Assembly (NCBI GenBank): GCA_951406725.2
Contig: OX597824.1
Span: 30,814,001 to 30,878,000 of the forward strand
Direction: 5' to 3'
DNA length: 64,000 nucleotides
Source of the DNA: Octopus vulgaris
Taxonomy: Eukaryota
Positions within the stretch are counted from its first letter, which is position 1, and each line of letters starts with the position of its first letter. The translations under genes were made by a program, and so were the position numbers. The notes under the pieces were generated by a model that did no database searches, was not told where the DNA came from, and saw only the letters and a program-made list of their open reading frames with translations. Positions 11,871 to 26,655 of the stretch are shown piece by piece.

Positions 11871-12613
11871 ATATAGAAATATACTCGAAATTTTTGATAC
11901 TCTTTTGATATTCTCTTTCATATTAAGAAGCTGAAGGCCATATGATGGAGACCTTACTAGCTAACGACTGTATTTGTGTATGACAGAATTTTTAGCGGGT
12001 ATATTTCGTCGCGGAATTAAGATTTAGTTAGGTCCCACAATACATTCAATCCAAAAAGACATTTTGCTTGATGAAATTTCTACCATATGACGAAATTTGA
12101 AATTTCATTAATAAATTGTAATTTATATTAGTGTAAAATGTTAATAATTGCCTGTAGCGAGCTTACAAAATCTATAAACGCTCAAACACAGAAGTTGTAC
12201 TTCGTTTCTGTTTGAAGCTCTTTCAAATTCTGAGTCAAATATATGAATGCCATACTTCTCAATAATATACTTATATACTGGTTCGTTCTCTCACACTTGT
12301 TTCTTTTGAGTGTTTTAATGCTTATTTATCTTCTCTATTGCCATCATTTAAGGAAATTATGAGATTGATATTCTTGATTTCCAAGATTTGTTTTGTTTAT
12401 CATAGTTTCATAATATTTATTGCCTACAAAATGTTGCTATATATATATATATATATAGCACCCCACCCCTATATATGTATATATGTGTATGTGTGTGTGT
12501 GTGTGTGTGTATGTATTGTATGTATTGATATTGTTGGTTTCCATGGTTTGTTATGTTTATCATATTTTCATATTTATTGCCTACTTTTGTTGCTATATAT
12601 ATATATAGCACCC

Positions 12614-12670
<57 letters not shown>

Positions 12671-12790
12671 TTATGTATGTATGTATGTATGTATGTATGT
12701 ATGTATGAATGAATGTATGTATATATTTATATTTAGTATTTGAATTGGAGGTAAATATAATTAAAGAAATGCCAAATTTTTGCTCAACAG

Positions 12791-12856
12791 GATCCAAAGA
12801 CTATGGAGAATGTGAAGAAGCTAACAGAACATTATAAATCTGATGATGTTTTGAAT
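12791..12856 (+). CDS. Repeat-exon gene A, 66-nt phase-0 exon (DPKTMENVKKLTEHYKSDDVLN)
   Basis: tttttgctcaacAG ... AAT|GTaatt; in-frame 3-nt insertion. Confidence 0.7.
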
Positions 12857-13762
12857 GTAATTTTCTTTTAATTTCACTCCTTTAACTTCGTATATCATTG
12901 ATTTAATGAATCATAATTTTTAGCGAATACAAATTATATAGAAATATACACGAGTTTTGAAACTCCTTTGATATTCTCTCATATTAAGAAGCCGTTAGTA
13001 ATCATTTCATTGGATGGAAATGATAATTTAGATCAAATGTAGTCTAGTAGAGCTAAGGAAACTCCTCCAAGTAATTGGCTCCTTCGCTCACATCCGTTTG
13101 TTTTGTTGTTTTAAGAATTACTAATGAATATTTATTAACAAGAATTACTAAAGATTATATATTTCTCACGTTGTGAGATTTAAAAATAGTAATTTTCTAA
13201 GATTATTTATTTATTTTCTCCTTTCCCATCATTTGAGGTTATTAGAAGATTGTTAACTTATATGGTTTGTAGTGTTTATCATATTTTCATTGCCGCCTAA
13301 AAAGTGTTGCTATATGTCTATATAGTCCTGTGTCAGTTAGAAGGACGAAAGTGAAAAACTGCGAACTCTAGAATCAAATCTTGTGCTCATTCATTTGTTC
13401 AAAATTTATAATCTGCCAAAAACTAGAGAGAAGTTTAACGATAATAATTTTGTTTAATCTATGTATAATTTCGTCAGAAAATGAGCGGCAACAGATCCCA
13501 GGAAATTCTGTTATTTTGTGAGTTCACTTTCCCCAATAAATTAAAATACTGAAGTGAGTTAAGTCATGTTTACTTAGAGAATATTCTCGACCTTTATCCA
13601 ATGCCACATCCGTAGCAGCATACTACCAGTGTTAATCGACTATTTGTCAAAGATTAACTATAATTTAATTCATATTCTTTAGCGATTGTACACACTGTTC
13701 CGATTGTCGATAACCTCAGTTATGATCCACCTGAAAACAAAAACCGATTTCTTTCTCACCAG

Positions 13763-13825
13763 GATTTAAAGAATATGGGGGATGTTAAGAAGCCAACAAA
13801 TCATCCTAAATCTGACATTTTAAAG
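13763..13825 (+). CDS. Repeat-exon gene A, 63-nt phase-0 exon (DLKNMGDVKKPTNHPKSDILK)
   Basis: tttctttctcaccAG ... AAG|GTtggt; open frame. Confidence 0.7.
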
Positions 13826-14057
13826 GTTGGTCGTTCTTCAGTTTCACTTCCTTAATTTCGTATATCATTCTTTCAATGAAACATAATTTTGTGTGATAAC
13901 AAATCATATAAAAATAACCTTATATTTTTTTATGCTTCTTTTATACTGTCTCTCACATTAAGGAGCTTTTAGTAATCATTTCATGAAAACATAACACTCT
14001 GTAGAAACTGGTTCCCTTACTGTTTGCATTGATTGTTATAACAAGAATTACTTATGA

Positions 14058-14092
<35 letters not shown>

Positions 14093-14549
14093 TACAGGGT
14101 ATAAACAATACGGTACGCTCACACCCCACATGCATTTTTACGTATGTATATCTACGTGTATGTATGCTTGTGTATAACACTATCAAAGAAAGTGTTGGAA
14201 GTTGTTATGCACTGCTTGTCACAGTACTATTCCGCTTATTTTAATGAGGGAACTGGAGGTTCCTTCAAGTTTGTTCTGCTGTAAGGGGGGTAGATGATAA
14301 GGCAAAAGAGTATTTCTCAAGTAAAATAACAGTGCTGAAGTTAACAATGCCGTGTTTAATCCTGAGAGAACATTCCCACCTTCTAATCTCTCTCTATATA
14401 AAACTGAAGTTGTCTGTGTATGGCAGGTTTGGTAGCTTTCAACTAACACTATCTCCTCCGAGACCCTGAGCGCAAGTTGACCAAAATTGAGAGTATGATA
14501 GAAGAAGGCTTGCTCTTCATTCCGTAGAAGATAAAATTCAAATCGGACC

Positions 14550-14781
14550 ATGTTAACACCAAAAATTATCTACATCAAAAAGATGCTTTTATTTTTCTAT
14601 GAAAATCCCTATTTTTTTACGATTTTTTGACTGCTGTGTCGTCATTTTTCGGTGTATTACAACCAGAAAAATGTTCACTTAAAGAGAATAACAAGCTACA
14701 TAATGCAAAATTTTTACTTTTCAAAAATTCCAATTCTAAAAGGTCGAAACAAACCCGAGCAACGCCGGGCGATACTGATAA
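14550..14781 (+). mobile_element. Non-autonomous Helitron-like 3' end
   Basis: GC hairpin cccgagcaacgccggg (14754-14769) shortly before a decayed CTRR terminus. Confidence 0.4.
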
Positions 14782-14921
14782 TCAGGCAGCGTGCTACCAG
14801 TTTTGATCCATTTTTGTTTGCGAAAGTGTAACTACGTAATTTATTTCTTATTCTTTTGCACTTTTTAGGCAATAGCATCAGTTACGATTCATCTGAAAAC
14901 ATGTTTTTTGTTTCTCAACAG

Positions 14922-14999
14922 GATCTCAAACATATTAAGTATGTTAAGAAATCTCATAAGAAGCTTGTTAAGGACCCTGTTAAGCATCATAAATATTCG
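14922..14999 (+). CDS. Repeat-exon gene A, 78-nt phase-0 Lys/His-rich exon (DLKHIKYVKKSHKKLVKDPVKHHKYS)
   Basis: ttttgtttctcaacAG ... TCG|GTAAGT; same upstream intron cassette as the other copies. Confidence 0.7.
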
Positions 15000-15385
15000 G
15001 TAAGTTGTTTATTAATTCACTTTGGCTGCCCAAGACGTTCAATGTGAAATTGGCGCACGGAGGTAGAACAACACGTACACATACACACGCGCGCGCGCAC
15101 GCATATATATATGCCTTTTATATTTTAACTTGTTTCGGTCATTAGTCTGTGGCAGTGCTGGAGCAACGCCTTGAAGAACTTTTAGTCAAATAAATCGCCC
15201 CCACTATTTATTTTCTGCCTTTTAGTTTGGTATTTATTCCATCAGTCCGTTTTGATGGACCACTAAGTTATGTGGACATAAACACACCAACACTAGTTGT
15301 CAAGCGGTGCTGGGGACAAAAGCAGATACAAAGAAAAATACACATATCGCGCACGTGCACACACACACGTAGACACACACACGCA

Positions 15386-15467
<82 letters not shown>

Positions 15468-15470
15468 GTA

Positions 15471-16380
15471 GCATATTCGGAAAGTAATTGCGTTTTTAGA
15501 CCTCTATGAAATATGAATCAGAGCCATGGTCGAATGGGTGGGACCTGTCTAGAATAGTGTATCATCTCTTCTATCCGGAAGTGTGTCATTCATATCTATT
15601 TCTATAATTAAGCCCACAAAGGAAAAATTTATGAGACAACATATTCGCCATTACTTACTGTATGAGTTTCGAAAGAAAAGTTCCGCTATCGAAGCAATGT
15701 AAAACATTTGTGAACTGTATCCAGAAGCAGTGAAGGCTCCCACATCTCAGCTGTGGTTTAAAAGGTTTCAAGATAGCGATTGTGACTTATCCAACAAGTG
15801 TCGGTCTGTAAGACGACCAACTCTGAATGACGACCTTTTGAATTAGACTATTGTATTGGATCCACGTCAAAGCACCACGAACATATCAAGCAAATTGGGA
15901 AAACATGCAAAGAAGGAATCTGGGTTCCACGTTAATTTCGTTTGAGAACCGAACACAACGTCCGACTATCTGCATCAGTCTTCTAACCAGGAATAACAAC
16001 CTGTCCTTTCTGCAGTGTATTGTTACAGGTGATGAAAAATGGGTTTTGCATCACAACATAGAAGCCGGAGCCAAGACCAAGACCTGAACTCCGTCCACAA
16101 AGATCCTTGATTTGTGTTTAGTGAAACATGAAAAATATCGTCCAATACGCGCTGCAGGAACATAGAAGGACCATCAATGCAGATGTCTGTTGCCAACAAC
16201 TATATTGTGTAAATGAAAAATTACGTAGAAAGTGGCCAGTTTTGGCAAACAGAAAGGTAGTATTTTCTAGCATGACATTGCACGGTAACACACTTCAAAA
16301 CAAACAAAAACAACAGTAAGATCGTTAAGATGGGAAGCTCTTCCACATCTTCCATAATCGTACTGCATTACCTCTAGATA
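15471..16380 (+). mobile_element. Degenerate mariner (DD34D) transposon
   Basis: RQHIRHYLLYEFRK N-terminus, FLQCIVTGDEKWVLHHN, TINADVCCQQL; multiple stops and frameshifts. Confidence 0.8.
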
Positions 16381-16571
16381 TCCTTGTTGCTTATTTTAAT
16401 TTTATTTATTTATATATATTTCTCTTCTCTTCGTGACCGACCAGTCCATCAGATGTAGTTACACATCGCTGGTCACAATGCGATCGCATTGTTTTAGCCT
16501 TCGAATGACGCCACCCCGCTGGCTAAGCGAGCAGGCCATATATATATATATAATATGTGTGTGTGTGTATG

Positions 16572-16894
16572 TGAAGGCAAGTTACTTAGTGGTTAGGACA
16601 TTCGGTTCACGATCGTAATGTCGCGTGTTCAACTCCCGGCGACGCGTTGTGTCCTTGAGCAAGACACTTTACTTTTCACGTTGCTCCAGTCCAGTTGGCA
16701 AAAATGAGTAGTACCTGTATTGCAAAGAGCCAGCCTTGTCACACTCTGTGTCACGCTGAATCTCCTTGAGAACTACGTTAGGGGTACACGTGTCTGTGGA
16801 TTGCTCAGTCACTTGCACGTTAATTTCACGAGCAAGCTTTTCCGTTGATCGTATCAGCTGGGACCCTCGTCGTCGTAACCGACAGAGTGCTCCT
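16572..16894 (+). mobile_element. tRNA-derived SINE
   Basis: A box tagtggttagg, B box gttcaactcc, tgtccttgagcaagacact body; same family at 20918-21243. Confidence 0.8.
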
Positions 16895-16896
16895 CT

Positions 16897-17008
<112 letters not shown>

Positions 17009-17199
17009 GAGTGTTTTGGAAATTCTTTGATGCAGTTATAATATTTGGAGAGAAGATTTTTTCTCAAAGAGTTAAGATTGAGTAAAGACCCTTTGTAGAA
17101 AGTCGAAAGGCACTAACCTTTGGGAAGAGATTTCAGAAAATGTGTGTGGCTTTTGCTTTTATAGATATGCAAGCGCTCTTTCAGTTCTGAACGTTTTCA

Positions 17200-17620
17200 A
17201 GCACGTGTTATAAGGAAAGTTGTTTTCAGTAAAATTGTTGTTGACTGTTTCCGATTTAGTTTCGGACTCAGAAATCTTATAAAATATTCTTCTTTTGCCT
17301 TCCGGAGAAGGTAGTTCTCTTCATTTATTTTATGAGGAGGGTGGGAAAGTTGTAAATTTTCCTTGTGCACAGGTGTCCAAATGATCGTTACATGGTATCC
17401 ATCTAAGTGCGGGATGTTTTATTTGATGTCTGCGCACATTTATCCGGTCGGTTAGTTTCGTTTTTGATGCCCGTTTTTGATACAATATATCAGGTTTTTG
17501 CTTTTACAGGTCATATTTGCATTCACCTTTAATTCTTTTCCATTGTTGAATTTTTTGGCTCGTCTCTGTTCTATTAAATCACATGTCCCACATCGGGGGT
17601 CTCCACATTTGGTAACTTGC
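17200..17620 (-). mobile_element. Penelope-like GIY-YIG endonuclease fragment
   Basis: Minus strand: KCGDPRCGTC, NMTCKSKNLIYCIK, DRINVRRHQIKHP...HLDTC...KFTTFP. Confidence 0.7.
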
Positions 17621-17997
17621 ATTATTTCTTCCTCTGGTGCTAATTTACTCCAGGCGTTAATTTACTTCAGCTTTATTTATTTTCACATTAATCTTAATCT
17701 TATTTCGGCCAGAGTTCTTTCGTCACACTTCTGTGACCTCATCAGTTGTCCTTTACTTTCTTCTTTCTTATTTTGTGCGCCTCTCCTTACTAACGGTGTG
17801 CCATTTTGTATTTTGTATTCCTATTGTATGTGTCTTTATTTGCGCATGCGTATACCCCTATGTGTATCTATGTTTAGTTAGTGTGTGTGTGTGTGGGGGG
17901 GAAGTGCCTATAATATTTGTATCACCTGTTTATACACGTTCATGTAATTTGTTTTTCTTTATTTTGTTCATGTGTTTACACCTACTTATTATTATTA

Positions 17998-18059
<62 letters not shown>

Positions 18060-18229
18060 GTATTTAATTAATTTTTTTTGTTAATGTATATAGTTATTTA
18101 CTTCAGTTTGTTTATCTGTGTATTTTATTATGTTTTTAGTTTTGTTTATATTGTTATCAGTTTATGGGATCTTATTCTGTCATATGTTGTGGTGTGTTGG
18201 GGTGTGTTAGTGTTCCATTCCAGTTTCCT

Positions 18230-18990
18230 ATTCAGGCTAGATTAATCTTCTATTATGTATGTAGCTTCTGTAATTTGCCTAAATGTTGCGTCTGTTCTAT
18301 GTGTGGACAAAATTTTAGCTTCTATGTTGTTGAGTGAGCCCCCTTGTTCCTGCTCGGCGTGCTGGTACAGAACCGATGAGCTCTTTTCTTCCTTAAATTC
18401 TCTCCAATGGTCATTTACCCAGTCACCTATGCTCCATGCCGTTTCCCCTACGTACTTCGTTGTCTTGTTACTGCATCGTCCCTCTGTACATCTTATACTA
18501 TAGACTACATTTCTGGCTTTACAGTTTGTGGGCTAAATCTACACACAGTACAGTTCCTATCCGTACAGGGAGTTTTACTAAAAGGGTAGGTTCTACCGAT
18601 TAGGGATTTGATGGGGTTGCTTGGCCTTTCAACAACCTTAATCCTTAACTTAAGTTTGTCTAGGGCCCTTCTAAAGCGGTACGCCAGTTCGCCTCTAGAG
18701 GTGGTGTCGACGAACATGACACTCTGGTATTTGTGGCTATCATACCAAGAGTTGGCCTTCCCTATTTTCTTCTTAGTCCTTTCCATGACTTGCTCCTATA
18801 GAGTGGGCAAATCCCGTTCCTATCATTACATATGATAGTATCAAATTTTTTCATGGCTCCTTTGTATACTCTCATCCTTTCTTTATGGCTGTAACCTGAG
18901 AACTGCATGTGGTGAACAAAATGTTATATGTGTCTCTTTAACTCCGTCGGGTCGCACATACAGCATTTCGTCCACCGCATGCCGGAAATA
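18230..18990 (-). mobile_element. Penelope-like linker/GIY-YIG fragment (different family)
   Basis: KLRIKVVERP...PCTDRNCTVC, then (shifted frame) VVYKIRC...KYVGETA...HAEQE; 18319-18410 is re-duplicated at 19178-19270. Confidence 0.7.
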
Positions 18991-19541
18991 TCATATACAG
19001 GGCAACGGTAGCCATAAAGATCACGTCAACTGCTATATCTACATACATAGGATCTACAGTAAGCCAGTTAAAGCCATGATACAACCAACACACGTACAAT
19101 TTTCGCAACCCAAACAGTAAAATACTACATCATTATCCAAACATGTATAGTGAATAAAATAAAATAAAACACTGTCGCACTTCTATGTTGTTGAGTGAGC
19201 CCCCGTGTTCCTGCTCGGCGTGCTGGTACAGAACCGATGAGCCTTTTTATTCCTTAAGTTCTCTCCAATGTTCGGCCGAATCTTCGAAGTCTCTGTCAGC
19301 AACATTCTTGTTTACGAATTATACATTTGTACTCTACAAATGTATAGAGTAATCTATCAGTAATGTAAAGGTGTTTTTATTATAAATGAACATAAAACAG
19401 CAATCAATATATATATATATAAATGAATGGGAAGTGGAGATATACAATTGTTAATTCAAAAATTAAAATTCATTAACATATTACATTATATTCTTATAAT
19501 AATATGATATAATATAATAAATAATAAATACTAAATGCACA

Positions 19542-19622
19542 TTACATGCAATTGTTTCGATTCTCACCCAAAATAACATTATAAAATCCATTGTTTGTTG
19601 TTAAGAATCTCCTCATAGTAAT
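19542..19622 (-). ncRNA. Degenerate hammerhead motif with long stem II loop
   Basis: Minus: ATTACT-ATGAGGA-GATTCTTA...TGAGAATC-GAAAC AATT GCA-TGTAAT; 8-bp stem II, stem I ATTAC/GTAAT. Confidence 0.45.
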
Positions 19623-20355
19623 ATTTGATATATGAAGATTCACAGATCCAAGCATAGACTGAATTTAAATATATTTCTGATTTCTAGCGTGAGCGTCAAT
19701 AATTAAAAACCAAAACAAAAATAGAAAAATAAAATATGAAAGATGAACTATTATAACGGTCATAAAATATATTTCTATCCTATTAAGTATTGTAATCTAA
19801 ATATATCTTAGCGCATTTTTTTGAATACTCGGAACAATATTTAAAAAAAAACCGTGGCGAAATAAGAAATATCCCTTTCATATTACTAAAAATACATGTT
19901 ATAATAACAATACGCTATTTATCTATGGGTGTATAGGAAAATAATATATTTAAAATACTATATAATCTCTAGTCAAATAGTAAATAATATTATAAATTAC
20001 ATTGCATTTTTACTGTTTCTCGGGAGTCACACATACACACAAGATATAAGATAAGATAAAATAAGATAAGACATAAAATAAGATAAGAAAAAGCATAATA
20101 GTTTTCCAAGATAAGAAGAAATAAGAAGCATAACAGTTTCCCTTGAACCATTTACTTTCATTTTGGATGACAAACAAACGAACAAACACACAGAATGTCT
20201 CTTTCATATATATAGATAATCATTACTAAAAAATCAAAGATTAATAATTAAAAAATACCTAGTTTATATAAGAAAGAAACTTTCTAAAAACATTATCATA
20301 ATAACATTATTACCGTAAAAATTAATTAAAATCTGAATTGACCATTCATCCAAAA

Positions 20356-20406
<51 letters not shown>

Positions 20407-20729
20407 AATAACCATAAGTACTTCATACATGTCCTTTTGATAGTTGCTCATTTCCATACTGAAAAAAATAATGCTAAAATTAAAATAACTTTGTTTTTAG
20501 AGGAAGAATAAAAGTAAAATAAAAATAAATTTATGAACATAACAATAATAATTTTTACAAATTTAAAACCTGGTAACTATTTAGAATAATTATAGCTAAT
20601 ATAGAATTATAATATAATATAATGGAATTTAAATAAACGTTATAATGAGATAATTTACTTTTAGATTAATTAATGTTTATTATATTACTTAATAAAATAT
20701 TGATAATATAAAATTATTCTAATCAATTT

Positions 20730-20910
<181 letters not shown>

Positions 20911-20917
20911 TAGTAGT

Positions 20918-21243
20918 AGGAGCACTCCGTCGGTTACGACGACGAGGGTCCCAGCTGATACGATCAACGGAACAGCTTGCTCGTGGAATTAACGTGCAAG
21001 TGACTGAGCAACCCACAGACACGTGTACCCTTAACGTAGTTCTCAGGGAGATTCAGCGTGACACAGAGTATGACAAGGCCGGCCCTTTGAAATACAGGTA
21101 CAACTCATTTTTACCAGCTGAGTGGACTGGAGCAACGTGAAATAAAGTGTCTTGCTCAAGGACACAACGCGTCGCCGGGAATTGAACTCACGACTTTACA
21201 ATCGTCAGCCGAATGTCCTAACCACTAAGCCACACGCCTTCAC
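20918..21243 (-). mobile_element. tRNA-derived SINE
   Basis: Reverse-complement homolog of 16572-16894. Confidence 0.8.
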
Positions 21244-22279
21244 AATGATAGTATAGATACATATACATACACTCATATATATATATATATATATATGCAG
21301 ATATATTTATATACACATACACACAAACACATATATACATATAAGATTATATAGTAATGTCACATTTAATTATCTAAAATAGCTTATACTTTAATACTCA
21401 ATAATCCTCTAAACAATCAATTCATTTTAATTATATTTTCTAAACACATATTTTGAAGGAATATTTATAAGATAAAACACGTTTTTGTCTGTCGTTAAGA
21501 AGTTTCTGTTATGATGTTAAAATTTGATATATTTCCTCCCCACACATATTGCATCTATTATCAGCAATTTTATAAGATCTAGTATGAATAAGTATTTGCC
21601 TTTAAAAGTTATATAATTTATTATTATCCTTTAACTTCCGTATACACACACATATTGCTTATAGATATTAGTTTGTGAAAAACAAGTTTCCCGAATCAAA
21701 TATATTATATATAGAATTCTGATGAGCTGACCTTCAATTGTATGAATGTGACGATACCATTGGCTATATTTGCTTATATTATATTCATACAATACCATTG
21801 CAATACCACTGAGTTCAAATGCAATTAAAAGAATAGTAAATCTATGTTATAAATCAGTTTGCTCACTTCATTCTCCTTGATAATAATTATATTACTTCTT
21901 CGGATATTATGGATTTTCGAAAATAACTGTAAAATCTCGACCATTAATTTACATGAATATACGTTATGTATGTATGTATGTATGTATGTATGTATGTATG
22001 TATGTATGTATGTATGTATGTATGTATGTATGTATGTATGTATGTATGTGTGTGTATGTATATATATATATGTGTGTGTGTATACATATATGTATGTATA
22101 TATATGTGTATATATGTGTATATATATATATCCATGTATATGTATATGTATGTATATACATTATATATATATTTGTATATAAGTATGAATATAACTATGT
22201 ACGAATGTATATAAATATGTGTGTGCATGTGAATATACGTTTGTATGTGTTTAGTGTGTGCATGCAATCATGCATTCCA

Positions 22280-23070
22280 AAACTAAGGTAAAGGCAGATC
22301 AGCCATGTTTAGTCATAGGTGGAAGGCAAGTGTCATAGAAAGGGACTGCAAAACAGTGAAACTTGTGTGTAAAAAACCCCATCTAACTGCTACAGCAAGT
22401 ATCCATCATGAGTTTCATAAATCCGGATATCATGGAATGGTTGAATTTACGAAACCGCAATTGATCAGCGGAAGAATAATGTCAAGAATATCAGAATTGG
22501 TCAGTAGCTCAATTGAACAATGCTATCTCTCTTGAATCAGCATTCACCATTTTTCCACTTCGAAGAGGATTTACGTCTGTCAGAACCCTAACGAAATATT
22601 CAACTAACCTTAACTATTTGGCCCTAACCATGACAAATTGAGGGGGTTCTGTAATGATTTAGAGAGATATTTCATGGGATTCTCTTAACACCTTAATTGT
22701 ACTGCATGGCAGAATAAACGCCAAAAATTATCTGAATACGCTGGCTGTTCATGACCATTATATTGTTCCCCGACCTTAGCCCAATCTTCCAGGAGAATAC
22801 TGCACCGATTCACATGACTTATCGTATTCAAAACTGGTACTAAGAGCACAGATGTGTCGCGGATCTCTTGCGCTGTCCCCTATAATCACCGGTTCTCAAA
22901 ATTACCGAACATTTATGGCGCATATTGGAACAGAATGTGAGTAGACGATTCCCTCTGCTATCATTGCTAAAAGAACTAAAGTAGATTTTACATGAAGAAA
23001 GTGTCAAAATTCTCCTAACAATTGTTCAGAACTATTCTCCTAACAATAGTTCAGTTCCTCAGAGTATTAA
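22280..23070 (+). mobile_element. Degenerate Tc1-like transposase fragment
   Basis: GGSVMI, IFQENTAPIH (cf. FQQDNAPIH), SPVLKITEHLWRILE (cf. SPDLNPIEHLW). Confidence 0.7.
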
Positions 23071-23139
23071 AATTTGATTTCAACTATAATCCTCACTGTA
23101 TTCTCTTTTTCTCTCTATCTCTCACTCTCTCCCTTTTGC

Positions 23140-23200
<61 letters not shown>

Positions 23201-23903
23201 TCAAGATCTCGCTTGTTGTGCTTGATATTATGGAGATATTGACAGTGAAATTTCGATAGTATTCTTTCAAATAATGTTATGCTTATGTCATCCACATCAC
23301 TGTAGATTCATTTATTTGTACTCTCAGGATTATGCTATCTACGGGTTTCATAATGCAGTGTATGTATGTATGTATGTATGTATGTATGTATGTATGTATG
23401 TATGTATGTATGTATGAGTCTGTATGTATGCATGTGTGTATGTATTTATCCGAAGCACCATGTTTGTATTATTAAAGTATTTGAGCTCAAGTTCTGCTGA
23501 GGTCGACTTGATTACTGGTATCGATGTAATCGACTTACCTACGAGCCCTAAATTTAATCTTCCTGTGTCAAAATTTGAAACCATTATTAGAGTATCGGTA
23601 TTTGTTGGTTTGATTTATTATTCTCTTGTATATATGTTTTAAATAAAGTTCATATTTTCTGAGACTATTTCTCCAGAAAAATAACATTACTGAAGTGAAC
23701 AAAAACGTGGTTAAACCTTAGAGAATATTTTCGACTTCAGCCAACGCCATATACGCAGCAGCGTACTACCAATGTTAGGCAAATATATGTGAAAAAGCAA
23801 CAGAATTTAACTCGTATTCTGTTGCATTTTTGTTTAGTATTCCGCTTATATACAGCTAAGTTATGATCCACCTGAATAAAATATCCCATTTCTTTCTCTA
23901 CAG

Positions 23904-23975
23904 CTTTCCAAGAATTTATCTGAGGCTCTTAACGCATCAAAAAATCTTTTTAAACAATTATCACTAGCTTCGGAA
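23904..23975 (+). CDS. Repeat-exon gene A, 72-nt phase-0 exon (LSKNLSEALNASKNLFKQLSLASE)
   Basis: tttctttctctacAG ... GAA|GTAAGT; preceded by a diverged copy of the same intron cassette (gttatgatccacctga). Confidence 0.65.
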
Positions 23976-26257
23976 GTAAGTCGATTTTTGCGCCACTTTC
24001 CTTTAAATTCATATAACAGTCTTTTAAATAATCACAATTTTGAGTGATTAGATATTATACAGAGATATACTTCGTATACTGCCTACAAAATTTTGCTATA
24101 TAGATCTATTAATAATGCAGACGTTTACATTGAATATTTTAACTGTATTTACAGATATCGTTAATGACTGTGTTTGAGTAATTGGTTGAATTTAATTATG
24201 TATCAATATTTTAAAATATTTCATAAAACGTTTTACAAAGCGGTGAGCTGCCAGAATCGACTGCAGGGCGTGCAAAATGCATAACGGCATTTCGTCTTTC
24301 TTTAAGTTCTGTGTTCAAATCACGTTGAGGTTGACTTTGCCTTTCACTTTATTCACTACAAGTTGAATACTGAGTTTAATGTAATCGACTTAACACACCT
24401 GCCCATGTGGCGAAATTTGAAACCATTATTATTAATTAATTAGATTATTGTCACTCCATGATATATAATAGAATTAACTTAGCCTTACATTTTATCTATG
24501 TATGTTATCTCTCGGAAGTTTCACACTATCACGATCATAAATGGACAATATAAGGAACATTTTACTTCTTTTGCTTCATGTACAATTTATGTAGGAAACA
24601 TTATTTTCTATTATATACGTTTGTATAAAACTTGGTAAGATCTGTGTGGTTAATTTTGTTATTTACTGTTAATAGCAAGTTTGGAGATTTTAAAACTTAC
24701 ACGATAAATGTCTTTATATTCAACTGAAATTTAATTAAGAAAATGAATGATTGTATATGTGTGTATTTGTGTATGGTAGATTCGGTAGATCATCGGACAT
24801 ATTTCGTTGTATCAATAAAAATTTAGTTTGGCCTCTTTACATTCTGAGTTCACTCACAACAGACTTTGAGTTAGATTAAATTCCTACTATATGACAAAGT
24901 TTGAGCTTTCTTTAATGAATGGTAATTCCTTTTGGTGTAAATTGTTCGTAGAGATATTAATTGTGATAATTGCTTTGATACGAGACAAAATGATCTTACA
25001 TAATTTATAAGTATTAATCATAAAGGTCTTTTTTAAAATTTTTATTTGAAGTTGTTTCAAATCTTAGGTGAAAGTTACGAAACGTCACACTTTGCAGTTA
25101 TACTTTACTAGAAACTCTGAGATCTTGTGACAATTTAACATTTCTTTCTACGGTGGAGAACTGGAATTTTGGGAAACTAAATCCATTCTTCTTTGAAATT
25201 TTATATCAACACGTTTCTAGTTCACGTTTAATAAATGTTCGTAAGTCACTAAACATAATCAAAAGATAAACAGTAAAAACGATGAGTTAGACAAAAGCAA
25301 ATCTCGTCCTAATTAGTTGTTCAAAATTTATAATTTTTCCCGAAGCTTTTTGTTGTTTTTGCTAAATAACAGAAGTGTAACGAGGGCAATTCTGTTTGTC
25401 TCATGTGTAATCTTCTTAAGTAAAAACAACAGCAACTAATCCAGTGAAAGTCAAAGTTTTTGTTTACTGTAATTATCGAAATTGTACTGGCCCAAACCTT
25501 TTATAATTCACTTTGTAAAGGTAAACTACCAGACCCTTTGATCAAGACATGCTTGAATTGTTTAAGCTATTCTAGTAAGAAATAATAGGGCCGAATTATT
25601 CGGTGATTACCATCTTCCTGGCTAACAAGTAATCGCATTTCTTTCTACGGTGGAGAACTGAAATTTTTGGAAATTAAATCCATTTTTCTTTGAAATTTTA
25701 TATTCATTTTGCTTCAGTGTTGCTTATAATTGCCACTAAGATTTCTCCATTTTCTCTATGTATTATTTAAATTTCAATTCATTTAAAATATTTTGTATGC
25801 GTCGATCACTTTGTTACATCTTTCCTGAATTTTCTAAATTTATGTCATTGACCATTTTGAATTATTTATTTAGTTACGTTTTTTTTTATAGGCGCATCGT
25901 AATGTTCTTAGTGATCCAGTAAGTATATTTTTAATTTACGAAATTATGCATTTACAAATATTTCAAAATTAATTTTCAGTTTAAAATGTTTTCCAAGTAA
26001 ATTCCACAAAGTTTTAGAAACCATTTTCTTATGCATGCCATCTTTGACCTTTTAACTTTTATGTGTTTCATTCATTGGAATTACAGCCATGTTGTGACAC
26101 CGCCTTAAAGGATTTTACTCGAATGAATCAACCCAATACTTATTTTTAAGCCTCTTACTTATTCTAACGAATTTTACTGGAGGTAAACAAGTTAACACAC
26201 GTTATCAAGCGTCGGTTGGAACAAAATCAAACACACACAAACACACACGCACGCATA

Positions 26258-26326
<69 letters not shown>

Positions 26327-26405
26327 AAATATTAGGGAATAAATCCAAACTTACAGGGAAAAATCAGATTTAGGATTAAATCCAATTTTATAGTATAAAT
26401 ATATT

Positions 26406-26655
26406 ATATTATATTAAATTAGAGATAAAACAACTATTAGGCAAATCAAACAATGAAAAACATAAGCCAATACATAAAATTAATTTAATTTATATTATTT
26501 TAAATATATATCAAAAGTATTAAAAGTTTAATAAAAGATAAAATTTTAATACTTTTGATATATCTTTAAAATAATGTAAATTAAATTAAATTTTATGTAT
26601 TGGCTTATGTTTTTCATTGTTTGATTTGTCTAATAGTGGTTTTATCTCTAATTTA

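Noticed and set aside
16572-16645. tRNA gene
   Set aside because: A and B boxes are present but continue into a SINE body found in several copies
21719-21765. CTGATGA hammerhead-like core; similar weak cases at ~17243-17275 and ~44494-44540
   Set aside because: Stems or GAAA box too decayed to support a call
24155-24181. Possible terminal exon of gene A (ISLMTVFE-stop) after tgtatttacAG
   Set aside because: Plausible acceptor but no homology or other support
25139-25702. ~66-bp direct repeat at 25139 and 25636
   Set aside because: Only two copies with no splice, TIR or coding signal; a local duplication
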